DNA of 64,000 nt from Vulcanimicrobiota bacterium (GTDB lineage Bacteria; Vulcanimicrobiota; Xenobia; Xenobiales; JADMJV01): the NCBI GenBank assembly GCA_050250895.1, contig JBFWNU010000006.1, forward strand, positions 279,513 to 343,512. Direction: 5' to 3'. Positions 10,188 to 19,664 of this stretch are shown piece by piece. How positions within the stretch are numbered: position 1 is the first letter of the stretch; every line of letters begins with the position of its first letter. A program made the position numbers and the translations under genes. The notes under the pieces are model-generated. The model was not told the DNA's origin and made no database searches. It was given only the letters and a program-made list of their open reading frames with translations.

Positions 10188-10544
10188 ATGGACCGACGGC
10201 TGATGGCGGGCGACCTGACCGTGTTGCTGGCCTTTACCGGGCTGGGGATGGCCTTTCATCACGTGGGTGGCAATCCTTTGACAGCCTTTCTGCGTATCGG
10301 CCTACCTTTCGTGGTGGCCTACTCTTTGATGGCCGTGGCGTTGGGAGCCTGGCAGCTCGAACAGGACAAGCCGTGGCTCAGGGCCGGACTCACCTGGTTG
10401 GCCGGGGTCGGCCTGGGTCTGGGGCTGCGCTATCTGGTGCAGGGACCCTTCGCAACGGTCTTCGCCAAGATCACCCTGGCCTTTACCGGGCTCTGTCTGG
10501 CCCTATGGCGGGGCCTCTATCATTGGCTCAGAGTTCGAGCTTGA
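10188..10544 (+). CDS. Small membrane protein, DUF3054-like
   Basis: Four hydrophobic segments; GD..F..G...H, LPF and terminal WR pattern. Confidence 0.7.
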   Translation: MDRRLMAGDLTVLLAFTGLGMAFHHVGGNPLTAFLRIGLPFVVAYSLMAVALGAWQLEQDKPWLRAGLTWLAGVGLGLGLRYLVQGPFATVFAKITLAFTGLCLALWRGLYHWLRVRA

Positions 10545-11391
10545 TGGCCTGGACTGGCTTGGACTCTTTCTCGGCGCTTTGATAGACAAACTCGTGCTCA
10601 CCGACGGCGATCCGATCGCCAGCGCGCAGGCGGACACGGGCACCCGGACCCACCACGCCCGTCCAATGGATGCCGTCGTTCTTGCGAGTGACCGACACTT
10701 CACCACCGATCATCCCACGGCTCAAACTGAAGCATTTTTCGCGTTCGTCCCAGTCGATCAGAAGCTCGGCGTCCAAGCCCTCGATCAGGTGCTCCTGGTC
10801 GAAGGGCTTTTCGTCTCCGCCGGCCAGCGTCGAAGCGATCGCGATCTTGAAACCTTTGAGTTCGAAACTCTCGCCGCCCACGCTATCAAGGCGAAAACCG
10901 CTGGGCACCTCGATAGCAACCTTGCGCTTGACGGGAGCGGGAGCCTTGGCCGGTTCACGCGGAGTGCGCACCGCGAAGGTCGAGCGAGATGGAGCCCGCA
11001 TCAAGTCGGGCCTTTGCTCGAGGGGCAGCACGAAGTCATCGGGGTCGCCGGCAAATCGCGACTCGGCCTCTTGCAACTCGAGGGTGATGGCTCCCATCTT
11101 GATCATGTCACCGGCTTTGAGCCAGGTTTCGTCGACCGCCTCTTCGTTGACATAGGTTAGATTGGTTTGGGAGCGATGCATCAGCTTGAACTGCTTTTTT
11201 GCCTCGTCCCAAAAAAGCTCGGCGTGCAGGCGCGAAACGGCGTCGTCGTTGAGGCGAAACCAACCGGACTGGCGGTCGTCGGTGGTGCGGGCCCGGCCGA
11301 TGCTAAACTGCTTGGAGTCGATCGGGTGGGTGAGACCCTTTCCAGGTCCGCTGATGATCCTCAACTGCAGGCCGCAACTCCAAGTGCTCAT
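10528..11391 (-). CDS. FHA domain-containing protein
   Basis: IGR...VSRLHA...N.TYVN FHA motifs; second FHA-like beta region at C-terminus. Confidence 0.85.
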   Translation of the reverse strand: MSTWSCGLQLRIISGPGKGLTHPIDSKQFSIGRARTTDDRQSGWFRLNDDAVSRLHAELFWDEAKKQFKLMHRSQTNLTYVNEEAVDETWLKAGDMIKMGAITLELQEAESRFAGDPDDFVLPLEQRPDLMRAPSRSTFAVRTPREPAKAPAPVKRKVAIEVPSGFRLDSVGGESFELKGFKIAIASTLAGGDEKPFDQEHLIEGLDAELLIDWDEREKCFSLSRGMIGGEVSVTRKNDGIHWTGVVGPGARVRLRAGDRIAVGEHEFVYQSAEKESKPVQAIKLEL

Positions 11392-11433
11392 GCCGACACC
11401 TCCTCGCGTGTTGGCCCCTCATTCTACGCCCCT

Positions 11434-13953
11434 CTAGCTAAGCACCTTCATGGTGCCGGCCGTGACGCCGAATTGCTCGTGGACTCCCACCTGCTCGAGC
11501 AATTCGGTCGGAGTCAGACGACCCGCCAATAGAGCCTGGTAAGCACCCAGCACTCGCTCGGCTTGCTGTCTTGTCTCGCGGACGAACTCGATGCGTAGCC
11601 GGCGCACCCCCCGCTCGACCAGCTTGGGCACCAGTTGGGCTGCAGTCTGAGCGGCGGCGTTGAAGACCGTGTTGCGACAACCCACGTCGACAATCACGGG
11701 GTGAACGCCACCCACCCGGTCGCGCAAGGCCACCTGGTGTTTTTCGCAGGGGCGCCCGCAGGAGCGAAAATCGCGGCCCTGACTGAGCAGGTGAGAATAG
11801 ACGCAATGTTCGGTGTGAAAGGTTGGGATATGGTGGTGGATCGTGACCGCAACTCGTGAGGCGGGCACACGGTCGAGCATGGCCAACAGTTGGACCTCGT
11901 CGAGGTCATGGGCGGCGGTGACCGTGCTCAGCCCCCGCGAGAGCACGTGGCGGGCCGTGAGCGAATTGGTGACGTTGAGCGAGAAGTCGCCGTGCAAAAC
12001 AGGTCGCTGGTCGAGACCGGAAAAGTGGCTGACGGCCCCCCAATGGCGCACCAGCACGCAGTCGGGGTTCAGCCGTTCGATACGGCGATCGTAGACCTCT
12101 TCCCCCGGCTTTTGGACGCGCACGGTAGCCAGGCCCACCTCCAGTCCGGCTTGACGCGCTCGCTCGACCGCGGCGTTCAAACCGACCATCTCCATCCAAT
12201 CCAGTTCGACCCGCTGCACCCCGCTGGCGATGGCCGCTTCGAGGTGTTCGGCCTGGCGACACAGGGCCACCAGGTAGGCCGGCCCGGGATCGGCCTCGAC
12301 CGCCTGGCGCAAACCCTCCAGATGGGGTCCCGGTCGGCACGCTCGTGGCGCCATGGCGCGCTGGCTCTCGAGTTGCTCGACCAGTTCGCGCCGCAGCTTT
12401 TTTAGCTCGGAGACGGGGACAAACAACCCTGGCGCGAGCCGGTTTTCGAGGCTGCCGAGCCGAAACGGGGTGCCGCCGAGGGCCCCCAGCTTGTCGACCA
12501 GGGTGGCCTGGTCCAGGCCCGCCCCGGTGGCCGAGGCCAGGGCCGTCGCACTCTCGACCCTGGCCCGCTTGGGACCCAGGCGAGCTTCCACTGTCATGGC
12601 CGACCCCAGAGAGCCGCTCACGACCAACATCAGGTCCTGCCCGCGGGCCTGCCCGTGGCGGCCGCGGGCCGCCTTGGGATCGCTGGTGACTTGGACACGA
12701 GCTCCGGGCTTGACCGCGGACAGATCGGGCCCGGGCTGGCCAAATCCCAGCCTCCAGCTCGAGCCTTTGCGCTCGACCGAAAAAATGGGACCTCCCTGCT
12801 CCTCGGCCTGCTCGTCACCCTGGCAAAAGACGACCCCCATGCCGGCTCGCGGCCTCAGACGAGCCGCAGCTGCGCCGCTGGCGGCAGTGGTCGATCCTCC
12901 CAGGGCAGGTGGCGTACAGGCCAGTTCACCCAGCGCCGCCACCGGTTCGGGGTGGGTTGCCCGGACGACCACATGGCGTGGCTCGACCCGCTCGACGACC
13001 CCGAGCAAAAGACCACGATGACGCGGAGTGATGCCCTCGACCAGCGTCTGGTGATCGCTACCGAACAGAAAGCCGTCCCCAAAGCCCCGCGAATAGGTCA
13101 GACTCAGGTCACGCACATTCTCGGCCAGGCGCTTGGGGTCGGGGCGGCCGTCGGCTACGGCGTCGAGCCAATCGCGCAGACTGTGGACCGCCGTCTTGAC
13201 ATACTCGGGTCCCTTCTGGCGGCCTTCGATTTTGAGGGTGTGGACACCGATCTCCATCAGGCGCTCCACCGCTCGAAAGCCGGCCAGGTCGCGGGGACTG
13301 AGCAGATAACTCACCTCGCCCAGGGGGCGCGGCTGGTCGTCGACCACCAATTCATAGGGTAGCCGGCAGGCCTGGGCGCACTGGCCCCGATTGGCCGAGC
13401 GGCCCCCCCAGGTCTCGCTCGAAAGGCATTGGCCGCTCCAGGACACGCACAGGGCTCCCATGATAAACACTTCTAGCTCGAGGTCACAGCCCCGGCGAAA
13501 GCGGGCGATCTCGTCCACCGAAAGCTCTCTGGGCACAACCACCCGGGTCACCCCGAGTTCGGCCGCAAAGGCCGCGCCCTCGGGGCTCGAGATCGTCATC
13601 TGGGTGCTGGCGTGCAGCTCTAGTTCGGGGCAGATAGCCCGGGCCAACAGGGCCACGGCCGGATCCTGAACGATCAGGGCGTCGACGCCGGCGCTGGCGA
13701 TGCGGGCCAGAATGGGCTCGAGCTTTTCCAACTCGCTCTCGAACACCAGGGTGTTCAAGGCCAGATAGGCTCGGGCTCGGTGAGCGTGAATCTCGGCCAC
13801 CACTGCCTCCAGCCCGTCGAGAGGAAAATTGGTGGCCCGAGCGCGGGCGTTGAATCCGTCGTCGAGTCCAAAATAGACGGCATCGGCTCCGGCGGCCAGG
13901 GCCGCCGCCAGGCTGGTGCGATCCCCCGCCGGGGCCAGAATCTCGGGAACCAT
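11434..13953 (-). CDS. Peptidase U32 family protein with DUF3656-like region; probable RlhA-type 23S rRNA hydroxylase
   Basis: EILAPAG, GADAVYFG, FNAR, HASTQM, CVSWSGQC, NRGQCAQACR, KIEGR motifs; 839 aa two-domain size. Confidence 0.85.
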   Translation of the reverse strand: MVPEILAPAGDRTSLAAALAAGADAVYFGLDDGFNARARATNFPLDGLEAVVAEIHAHRARAYLALNTLVFESELEKLEPILARIASAGVDALIVQDPAVALLARAICPELELHASTQMTISSPEGAAFAAELGVTRVVVPRELSVDEIARFRRGCDLELEVFIMGALCVSWSGQCLSSETWGGRSANRGQCAQACRLPYELVVDDQPRPLGEVSYLLSPRDLAGFRAVERLMEIGVHTLKIEGRQKGPEYVKTAVHSLRDWLDAVADGRPDPKRLAENVRDLSLTYSRGFGDGFLFGSDHQTLVEGITPRHRGLLLGVVERVEPRHVVVRATHPEPVAALGELACTPPALGGSTTAASGAAAARLRPRAGMGVVFCQGDEQAEEQGGPIFSVERKGSSWRLGFGQPGPDLSAVKPGARVQVTSDPKAARGRHGQARGQDLMLVVSGSLGSAMTVEARLGPKRARVESATALASATGAGLDQATLVDKLGALGGTPFRLGSLENRLAPGLFVPVSELKKLRRELVEQLESQRAMAPRACRPGPHLEGLRQAVEADPGPAYLVALCRQAEHLEAAIASGVQRVELDWMEMVGLNAAVERARQAGLEVGLATVRVQKPGEEVYDRRIERLNPDCVLVRHWGAVSHFSGLDQRPVLHGDFSLNVTNSLTARHVLSRGLSTVTAAHDLDEVQLLAMLDRVPASRVAVTIHHHIPTFHTEHCVYSHLLSQGRDFRSCGRPCEKHQVALRDRVGGVHPVIVDVGCRNTVFNAAAQTAAQLVPKLVERGVRRLRIEFVRETRQQAERVLGAYQALLAGRLTPTELLEQVGVHEQFGVTAGTMKVLS

Positions 13954-14480
13954 CAGGTCTCGTCTCGATAGCGCAGGCCGCGACGCTGCTGCTCGGCCAG
14001 GTAAGCTTTGCGAATGATCTCGCGCACTTCGAAAGGCTCGCGGACGTTGTTGAGCACCACCTCGGGCTTGCTGGTGTCCGAGCTGAGAATCTTGACGTCG
14101 CCGATCTTGAAGGCGCGCTCGCCGAGATTCTGGGTGACCTCGGTGTCTCGCACCCGCACCAGGTCGATCTCTTCGAGCTGGCGGCTAAAGACACCCCGGA
14201 AAATGCGCAAGCGCTGGCTGGTCAATTCATAGCGTGTGCCCATGGTGGCGTAAGGTTTGCCGCTCCACAAGACGCTCTCGTCGCCTGCGGTCTGGGCGGG
14301 GCCGACCGACTCCTGGTCTTCTTCTTCGAGCTGGGACAGCACGGCGAAGACCCCATCGGCCAGGGCTCCGACCACCGTCTGAAGCTGGGCGTGGGGAATG
14401 GCGTCCAGCTTGACGCCGCTTTCGTCAACGGAGCGGTAGAATTGGTCGGTGATCAGCTTGCGCACGGTTTCTTTCTGCAT
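13953..14480 (-). CDS. Bacterial PH domain protein
   Basis: YELTSQRLRIFRGVF..EEIDL.RVRD...GDV pattern. Confidence 0.8.
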   Translation of the reverse strand: MQKETVRKLITDQFYRSVDESGVKLDAIPHAQLQTVVGALADGVFAVLSQLEEEDQESVGPAQTAGDESVLWSGKPYATMGTRYELTSQRLRIFRGVFSRQLEEIDLVRVRDTEVTQNLGERAFKIGDVKILSSDTSKPEVVLNNVREPFEVREIIRKAYLAEQQRRGLRYRDET

Positions 14481-14550
14481 AGGCGCCCCATTAGGCGCGG
14501 GCGCGCCAGTTTCCCGCCGCCAGTCGGCGGTCGGCCACCATCGCCCAGGT

Positions 14551-15039
14551 TTAATGCGAGCTGCTGCGGGTGGCTTTGGTTAGAAGGTCTTCGAAATCGG
14601 CCAGTTCTTTCTTGGTGAGCAAGAACAGGCCGTTGTTCCCTGCCTGAATCAACTCCAGCAGGACGGCTCGCCCCATTGGGGCTTTGTTCATCACGGCGAT
14701 GCTCACCTCGCCGCTGCCTTTGTAGTTGGCCACAAAGCGAGACTCGCTGTCTTTGAGCTTGTCCATCGAGGTTCGGGCCACCCGGATGCCGTCAACGAAC
14801 TTGCGAAAGTCAGCCTCTTTGAGCAAGACCTGGACGTGACTCTTCTTGATATTGTCGTCGAGCAACAGGGCCACGCCCTCGGTCCCTTTGGCGTCGAACA
14901 CCACCACCGACATCACCCCGGAGTTGGTTTTGCAGATGCCCACCTGTTTGGTGCTAGGTTCTTCGGCCGAGGCCCCCAGGCAGAGCAGCAACCAGCAAGC
15001 GAGCATAACGGCGTGCTCGAAACGCGCAATTTTCAACAT
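14551..15039 (-). CDS. Hypothetical secreted protein
   Basis: Hydrophobic N-terminal signal ending ASA; 162 aa. Confidence 0.7.
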   Translation of the reverse strand: MLKIARFEHAVMLACWLLLCLGASAEEPSTKQVGICKTNSGVMSVVVFDAKGTEGVALLLDDNIKKSHVQVLLKEADFRKFVDGIRVARTSMDKLKDSESRFVANYKGSGEVSIAVMNKAPMGRAVLLELIQAGNNGLFLLTKKELADFEDLLTKATRSSSH

Positions 15040-15187
15040 TCTCGTCTAGTTCCTCGCGGGATCGGGAAGGCCTTTGTGCCGGGAGGCGAGCAGGATGGCC
15101 GCTGGCTCTTCGGGGTGGAACACGGAGACCACCCAGGCCACGGAGGAGGTGGCCGCAACCTTGGATGTGCGCGCTTGCTGATCTAAT

Positions 15188-15547
15188 GGAGAGCGGGAGG
15201 CTCGCGGAGAGGTGAGCCCGGCTGGCGAATCGCGGGGCCCCGCCGAGCCCGACCAGGCCAGGTCATTGGCGACTGCCCGAACCGCAAGCCCACTTCCAGC
15301 TGGAAGACCGGCTAGTCCCAGCGGCCGCCGCGGGACCCCGGACTTCCGCGCGGAAGTGGTCCCGCCCACCTTCCGGCGGGGTGTGCGCCGCACAACCCTG
15401 GCCACGGCCGCCGCCGGGCCTGGTCAACCGGGCCAAGCCCAGACATTCGGTAGCCTGCGCGGCCGCATCGTGGCGCCCCCGGGCCCGGCGCGGTGTCGGC
15501 GGTCCCTCTCTGCGTCTCCGTCCTCGGCGGTTATTCTAGAAGGCGCC
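15188..15547 (-). ncRNA. OLE-like structured ncRNA (5' domain of OLE RNA, apparently shortened)
   Basis: Lies in a 520-nt gap with no credible ORF. Minus-strand motifs in order: UAGAAUAA, GGGGCGCCACGAU, UCUGGGCUUG, UUGACCAGG, GGGACCACUUCCGCGCGGAAGU, CAAUGACCUGGCCUGGUC, CAGCC; these match my recollection of the OLE consensus. Long-range stems 15251-15259/15417-15425 and 15188-15212/15504-15519. Confidence 0.7.
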
Positions 15548-15561
15548 GCCCGGAGGTGTGG

Positions 15562-17469
15562 TCAGTCGAGGCGGAAGTGAATCTCGTCCTGCAAAGGCTG
15601 GGGTAGGACCTGGCGCAGGCTCGGGTCCTCTGGCGGTCGCTCGCCGGTGAAGAAGGCCTCCAGCTGATCCCAGTGCTCATAGGCGGCCGTGCCGACCGTG
15701 CAGGCCAGGCCCACGGCCCCGATGATCGGGGGGATGACCATTCCGCCAGCCAGGGCCGAGATCAGCATCAGTCCACCACAGCCGATCTTGAGCCCGCCCA
15801 CGGTCATCTGCTTGTTGGCGTTGTGCTTGAGCTGATTGAGAATCTGCATCACTTTGGAGTAGTCCTCTTCGGCTTGCTCGAGTTGCGCGCCCGTCAATTC
15901 CTGGCCCAACCGCTCGTGCATGGCTTCCGTGACGGCGATGGCTCCCTCGACGATCGATTTGCTCGAGGCTCCGTGATGCAGGTCCATACCGCCGTCGACG
16001 ATCTGGAGGGCGCCGGCTACGCCGGTCATGATGCGGGCTACCTGGGCGGCTGACTGAGCCCGCTCGCCCAACCGCATGGCCTCGCCGCCTACGGCCCTGG
16101 CCTGTCCGGCCAGATTCTGGGCCTCGCCGGCCAGGGCGGCGGCCTGGGTCAGATTGCCGGCCTGGGCGGCTGCCTGGGCGGCTGCTTTGGCCGCCACGGC
16201 GGCGGCGCCGAGCGCCTGGGCGTTCTCGGCCAGCGAAAGGGCGTGGGCTCCGGTGAGCAGGGCTGCCCCCGAGTGGAGGGCGCCCCCACCTCCGGCGATG
16301 GCCGTGCCCGCCTGCAGGATGGCGTTGGTGTCGGCATCCTCGTCGATCAGTCCGGGGTTGGCCACGGCGTATTCCAGCACCGCCATCACCAGCGGGTGAC
16401 GAGCGGCGTAGCCGGGTTCGGCCGCCTCGATCTGGCGGGTAAGTTCGGCCATGTCGAGGCTATTGCGACCGACCACCTCGGGGGGGTCGACGGTCATGCG
16501 ATGGGTCACGATCGGTCCCTCGGTGGCCGTGGTCGTGCCGGTACGGGTGATGGTATAGTCCTCGAACAGGCCGCCATCGACCTCGGTCCGGTCGCGGCCT
16601 CGGTCGACGGTAACATCCGAACCGGTGCCTTCGATGGCCATACGATGCTCGTTGTAGCTGATGGTGTTGTGGCGACGCTGGCCATCCACCCGGATGAGTC
16701 CGGTGTGGTAGTCGACCTGATAGTCGTCGCTGCCCGGTCCGTCCACATGGACCACGCCGTTGGTCTCGGTCACGCGCCAGTTGAGATTGCCATCAGGGTC
16801 GCGGAACTGGACTCCGTCGCGCAGCACCTCGTAGGCGCTTTCGCCGTCGCGGTTCTGCAACTCGAGGCGGTCGCGGGTGGCCACGTAAATGTTGCGCCGA
16901 TAAGGGGACTCTTTGTGGTGGACGGTGTTGCCGAAGCGGGCCACACTCTGGTCATAGCCCATCGGGATATCGAGATTGACCTGACGGAAGTCCGAGACTC
17001 CCTCACCCCAGCCGGCAGCCAGCGACGGCACCAGGCTTAGATTGCCGTTGGCATCGTGAAAAATTCCGTGGCCCAGGTCGACGCCCACATCTGAGTAGGC
17101 AACGTCCCTCTCGTCGCTGCCTGCCCCGCGGCCGGCGTTGCTGCGAAGCTCGGTCTGTCTGAGCAGATCGACCCGTGGGGTGCCGTGGGGGAGGACGGTG
17201 ACGGCCAGGCCGTCGGTCTGGTTGATGGCCTGGGTCACCAGCGAGGTGGCCGGGGCGGCATGGGCGGCACCTGCGATGCCGGTCAACCCGGCCACACCGG
17301 CGCACAATCCAGCCACCGCTTTTTGCCAGGCGGATAGTCCCGGTGCTTCGGGATGGTCTTCGCCCGCGCCCAGGCGCACCGTGTCGAGTTCAATCTTCTG
17401 GGGCTCGCGAAAGGGAAGGCCTGTGCCTGGGGGTGGGGCGTGTCTTAAAGTGTTGTCGCTGCGAATCAT
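15562..17469 (-). CDS. Hypothetical protein with beta-rich middle and Ala/Gly-rich hydrophobic helical C-terminus (translocator/pore-former-like)
   Basis: GGAGG SD before ATG 17469 (MIRSDNT); long Ala-rich helices and two hydrophobic segments near the C-terminus. Confidence 0.7.
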   Translation of the reverse strand: MIRSDNTLRHAPPPGTGLPFREPQKIELDTVRLGAGEDHPEAPGLSAWQKAVAGLCAGVAGLTGIAGAAHAAPATSLVTQAINQTDGLAVTVLPHGTPRVDLLRQTELRSNAGRGAGSDERDVAYSDVGVDLGHGIFHDANGNLSLVPSLAAGWGEGVSDFRQVNLDIPMGYDQSVARFGNTVHHKESPYRRNIYVATRDRLELQNRDGESAYEVLRDGVQFRDPDGNLNWRVTETNGVVHVDGPGSDDYQVDYHTGLIRVDGQRRHNTISYNEHRMAIEGTGSDVTVDRGRDRTEVDGGLFEDYTITRTGTTTATEGPIVTHRMTVDPPEVVGRNSLDMAELTRQIEAAEPGYAARHPLVMAVLEYAVANPGLIDEDADTNAILQAGTAIAGGGGALHSGAALLTGAHALSLAENAQALGAAAVAAKAAAQAAAQAGNLTQAAALAGEAQNLAGQARAVGGEAMRLGERAQSAAQVARIMTGVAGALQIVDGGMDLHHGASSKSIVEGAIAVTEAMHERLGQELTGAQLEQAEEDYSKVMQILNQLKHNANKQMTVGGLKIGCGGLMLISALAGGMVIPPIIGAVGLACTVGTAAYEHWDQLEAFFTGERPPEDPSLRQVLPQPLQDEIHFRLD

Positions 17470-17621
17470 CGGTATGGGCCTCCCTGAGTTGAGCTGACCG
17501 AGGTCGCGAAGGCGCGCGGAATCGCCCCCTTTGGGACGGCGGTTCCAAGACATAAGAACGCCATCGAGACCTCCTGCACGGATCGATGGCTAGAGACTAG
17601 ACCTGGCGCGTCACAACCGCG

Positions 17622-18470
17622 TTAAAGGTTGCGACGGGCACCCAGATAGCGCTTCTTGAAATAGGGCTCGTCGAGGCTGCTGATGGTCACCTGCTTGGCG
17701 CGTGAAGAGGCGTGAATGAAGTGGCGCTGACCCAGATAGATACCCACGTGGGAAGCCCCGGGAGCGTAGGTCTCGAAGAAGACCAGATCGCCGGGTTGCT
17801 CGTGACCGTTGGCGATCACCTCGCCCACCTTGTACTGGATATCGGCGGTGCGAGGAAGTTTCACTCCGTGGCGGGCGAAGACCAGTTGGACGTAGCCCGA
17901 GCAGTCGGCACCGGTGGGAGCCTCTCCGCCCCAGACATAGGGGACGCCCATCAGGCTCCGGGCCGTCTTGAGCAGGCCGAACAGGGCCCGCCCTCGGCGC
18001 GAAGAGAGGCTGCGCCGCCGGGGCTGGGGTTCGCCGCGGCTGGGAATTTCGATGACTCGGCCGTCGTCGGTGATGAGCACACTCTGGGCCGAGCTGTGAG
18101 CCGGCTCCTGGCCCGCGACGGCATACTGCTCGAGCATTTTGAGTTCGAGGTTGGTGGTGTCTTCCGTCTCGACCGCAACCGGTTTGGGAGCGGCCGGTCG
18201 GGGGGCGCTGGCTTTGATCTTTTCCCAGTCGACCTGGGTCTCGGCCTGTTTGAAGTTGGGGTTGGGCACGCAAAGCAGATCGCCGGGTTTGACCCGGGCC
18301 TCATCGAGGTTGGGATTCATGGCCAGGATGGTGCCGCGGTCGCTCTTGAAGTCGAGGGCGATACTTACGATCGTGTCTCCGGATTTTACCCGGTAGTAGG
18401 TGTAGTATTCTTCTGTAAACCCAGGACACCAGAGTAGGGCTAGCAGCGCTAGCGTAATCAATCTTCTCAT
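17622..18470 (-). CDS. LysM + NlpC/P60 peptidoglycan endopeptidase
   Basis: Signal peptide; YRVKSGDT..IA LysM; PYVWGG, DCSG, LPRTA, HVGIY, FIHAS. Confidence 0.95.
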   Translation of the reverse strand: MRRLITLALLALLWCPGFTEEYYTYYRVKSGDTIVSIALDFKSDRGTILAMNPNLDEARVKPGDLLCVPNPNFKQAETQVDWEKIKASAPRPAAPKPVAVETEDTTNLELKMLEQYAVAGQEPAHSSAQSVLITDDGRVIEIPSRGEPQPRRRSLSSRRGRALFGLLKTARSLMGVPYVWGGEAPTGADCSGYVQLVFARHGVKLPRTADIQYKVGEVIANGHEQPGDLVFFETYAPGASHVGIYLGQRHFIHASSRAKQVTISSLDEPYFKKRYLGARRNL

Positions 18471-18533
18471 GGATGCCTCCCCGGTGGGGACTTTACCAGG
18501 AAACCCCTGGTCGGCGCAAGTCCGCCAGTCCTC

Positions 18534-19664
18534 TCACGCGGTGGCCAGTTCTCGAAAGGCCGCCTCTACCCTGTTTCTTCCCTTTTCTTTGGCGCGATAG
18601 AGGGCCTGATCGGCGGCCTCGAGCCACTGGCTGATCTCTTGTCCTTCCCCCAGCTGGGCCGCTCCGATGGAGATGGTGACCGTGAGACCGGCCACCGGAG
18701 CCCGTTCGATGGCCGCTCGGATCCTTTCGGCCACCACCACGGCTGCGTCGAGGTCGGTCTGGCGCAGCAGCAGACAGAACTCCTCGCCCCCATAGCGAGC
18801 CAGGCTATCGTCGAGGCGCGCATTGCTCGAGATCAGGCCGGCTACCTCGGCGAGCACCCGGTCGCCCTGCTGGTGACCGTGCTGGTCGTTGACCTGCTTG
18901 AAGTGGTCTATGTCCAGCATCAACACGGCCAGGTTGCTGCCCTCGCGGCGGGCCCTGGCGACACTGGTCTCGAGCAGTTCGCGCAGGTGGCGACGGTTCC
19001 ATACCCCGGTGAGTCCGTCGGTGGTGGCCTCGAGGGCCCTTTCGGCGGTGGCGTGGACCGTCTGGCGAATCTGAGTGGAGATCATCTGACCCAGGATGCC
19101 GCTACCAATGAGCAGCATGGCGTGGTTTCGAATATGCGAAAAGTCGCCAGCCGGCAACTGATAGACTCTGACTGCATCAAAACCCATATAGCAGAGCAGC
19201 ACTCCCGAGTTGACCAGGATTCCGAATCGGGTTACCTCGCTAAACCGCATGCCAGCGGCGATGATCAGCATGTAGAGGCCGGCCACCCCCGAGCCCTGCA
19301 AGACCATCTGGTGGTCATCTTGCGGGGTCGAAAAGAAGACCATGACCGGCAGGGACAACAGAATGGCGTCAAAACCCACCGAGGCATAGGCCAGGGGTGC
19401 CGCTGCCAGGTTGGGATTGCGGTCGATGAGATAGATGACCACCAGCGAATAGAAGGCCGCCACTACGACTCCGCCGAGCAGCCATCCGAAGCCGGGCGGC
19501 GGAGCACCGCCGACGGCCATCCCCATGTCGTTGACATGCAGGCCAAGAAACAACAGGGCCAGGGACCCGCGGAACAGGGCGATGCGGCGTTCGACCCCCC
19601 GGGCGGATTCCTCCAGGATCCTCTCGACGATACCGGGGGTAGGACTGGACTGTTCTGCGCTCAC
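18534..19664 (-). CDS. Membrane-bound diguanylate cyclase
   Basis: Several TM helices; DGLTG, DIDHFKQVND, RYGGEEF, ADQALYRAK. Confidence 0.95.
   Translation of the reverse strand: MSAEQSSPTPGIVERILEESARGVERRIALFRGSLALLFLGLHVNDMGMAVGGAPPPGFGWLLGGVVVAAFYSLVVIYLIDRNPNLAAAPLAYASVGFDAILLSLPVMVFFSTPQDDHQMVLQGSGVAGLYMLIIAAGMRFSEVTRFGILVNSGVLLCYMGFDAVRVYQLPAGDFSHIRNHAMLLIGSGILGQMISTQIRQTVHATAERALEATTDGLTGVWNRRHLRELLETSVARARREGSNLAVLMLDIDHFKQVNDQHGHQQGDRVLAEVAGLISSNARLDDSLARYGGEEFCLLLRQTDLDAAVVVAERIRAAIERAPVAGLTVTISIGAAQLGEGQEISQWLEAADQALYRAKEKGRNRVEAAFRELATA

Noticed and set aside
15185-15215. Minus-strand ...CTCTCCA suggesting a tRNA/tmRNA 3' end
   Set aside because: No T-loop GTTCRA at the right distance and no acceptor stem
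15330-15520. RNase P-like words on the minus strand (GGAAGTCCGGG; CAGAGAG..ACCGCCGA)
   Set aside because: Order is wrong for RNase P and the 3' AACCCGGCTTA element is absent; the OLE-like motif series fits better
15046-15580. ORFs 15046-15405 (-) and 15212-15580 (+)
   Set aside because: Arg/Pro/Ala-rich, no SD, no protein-like pattern; better explained as structured RNA
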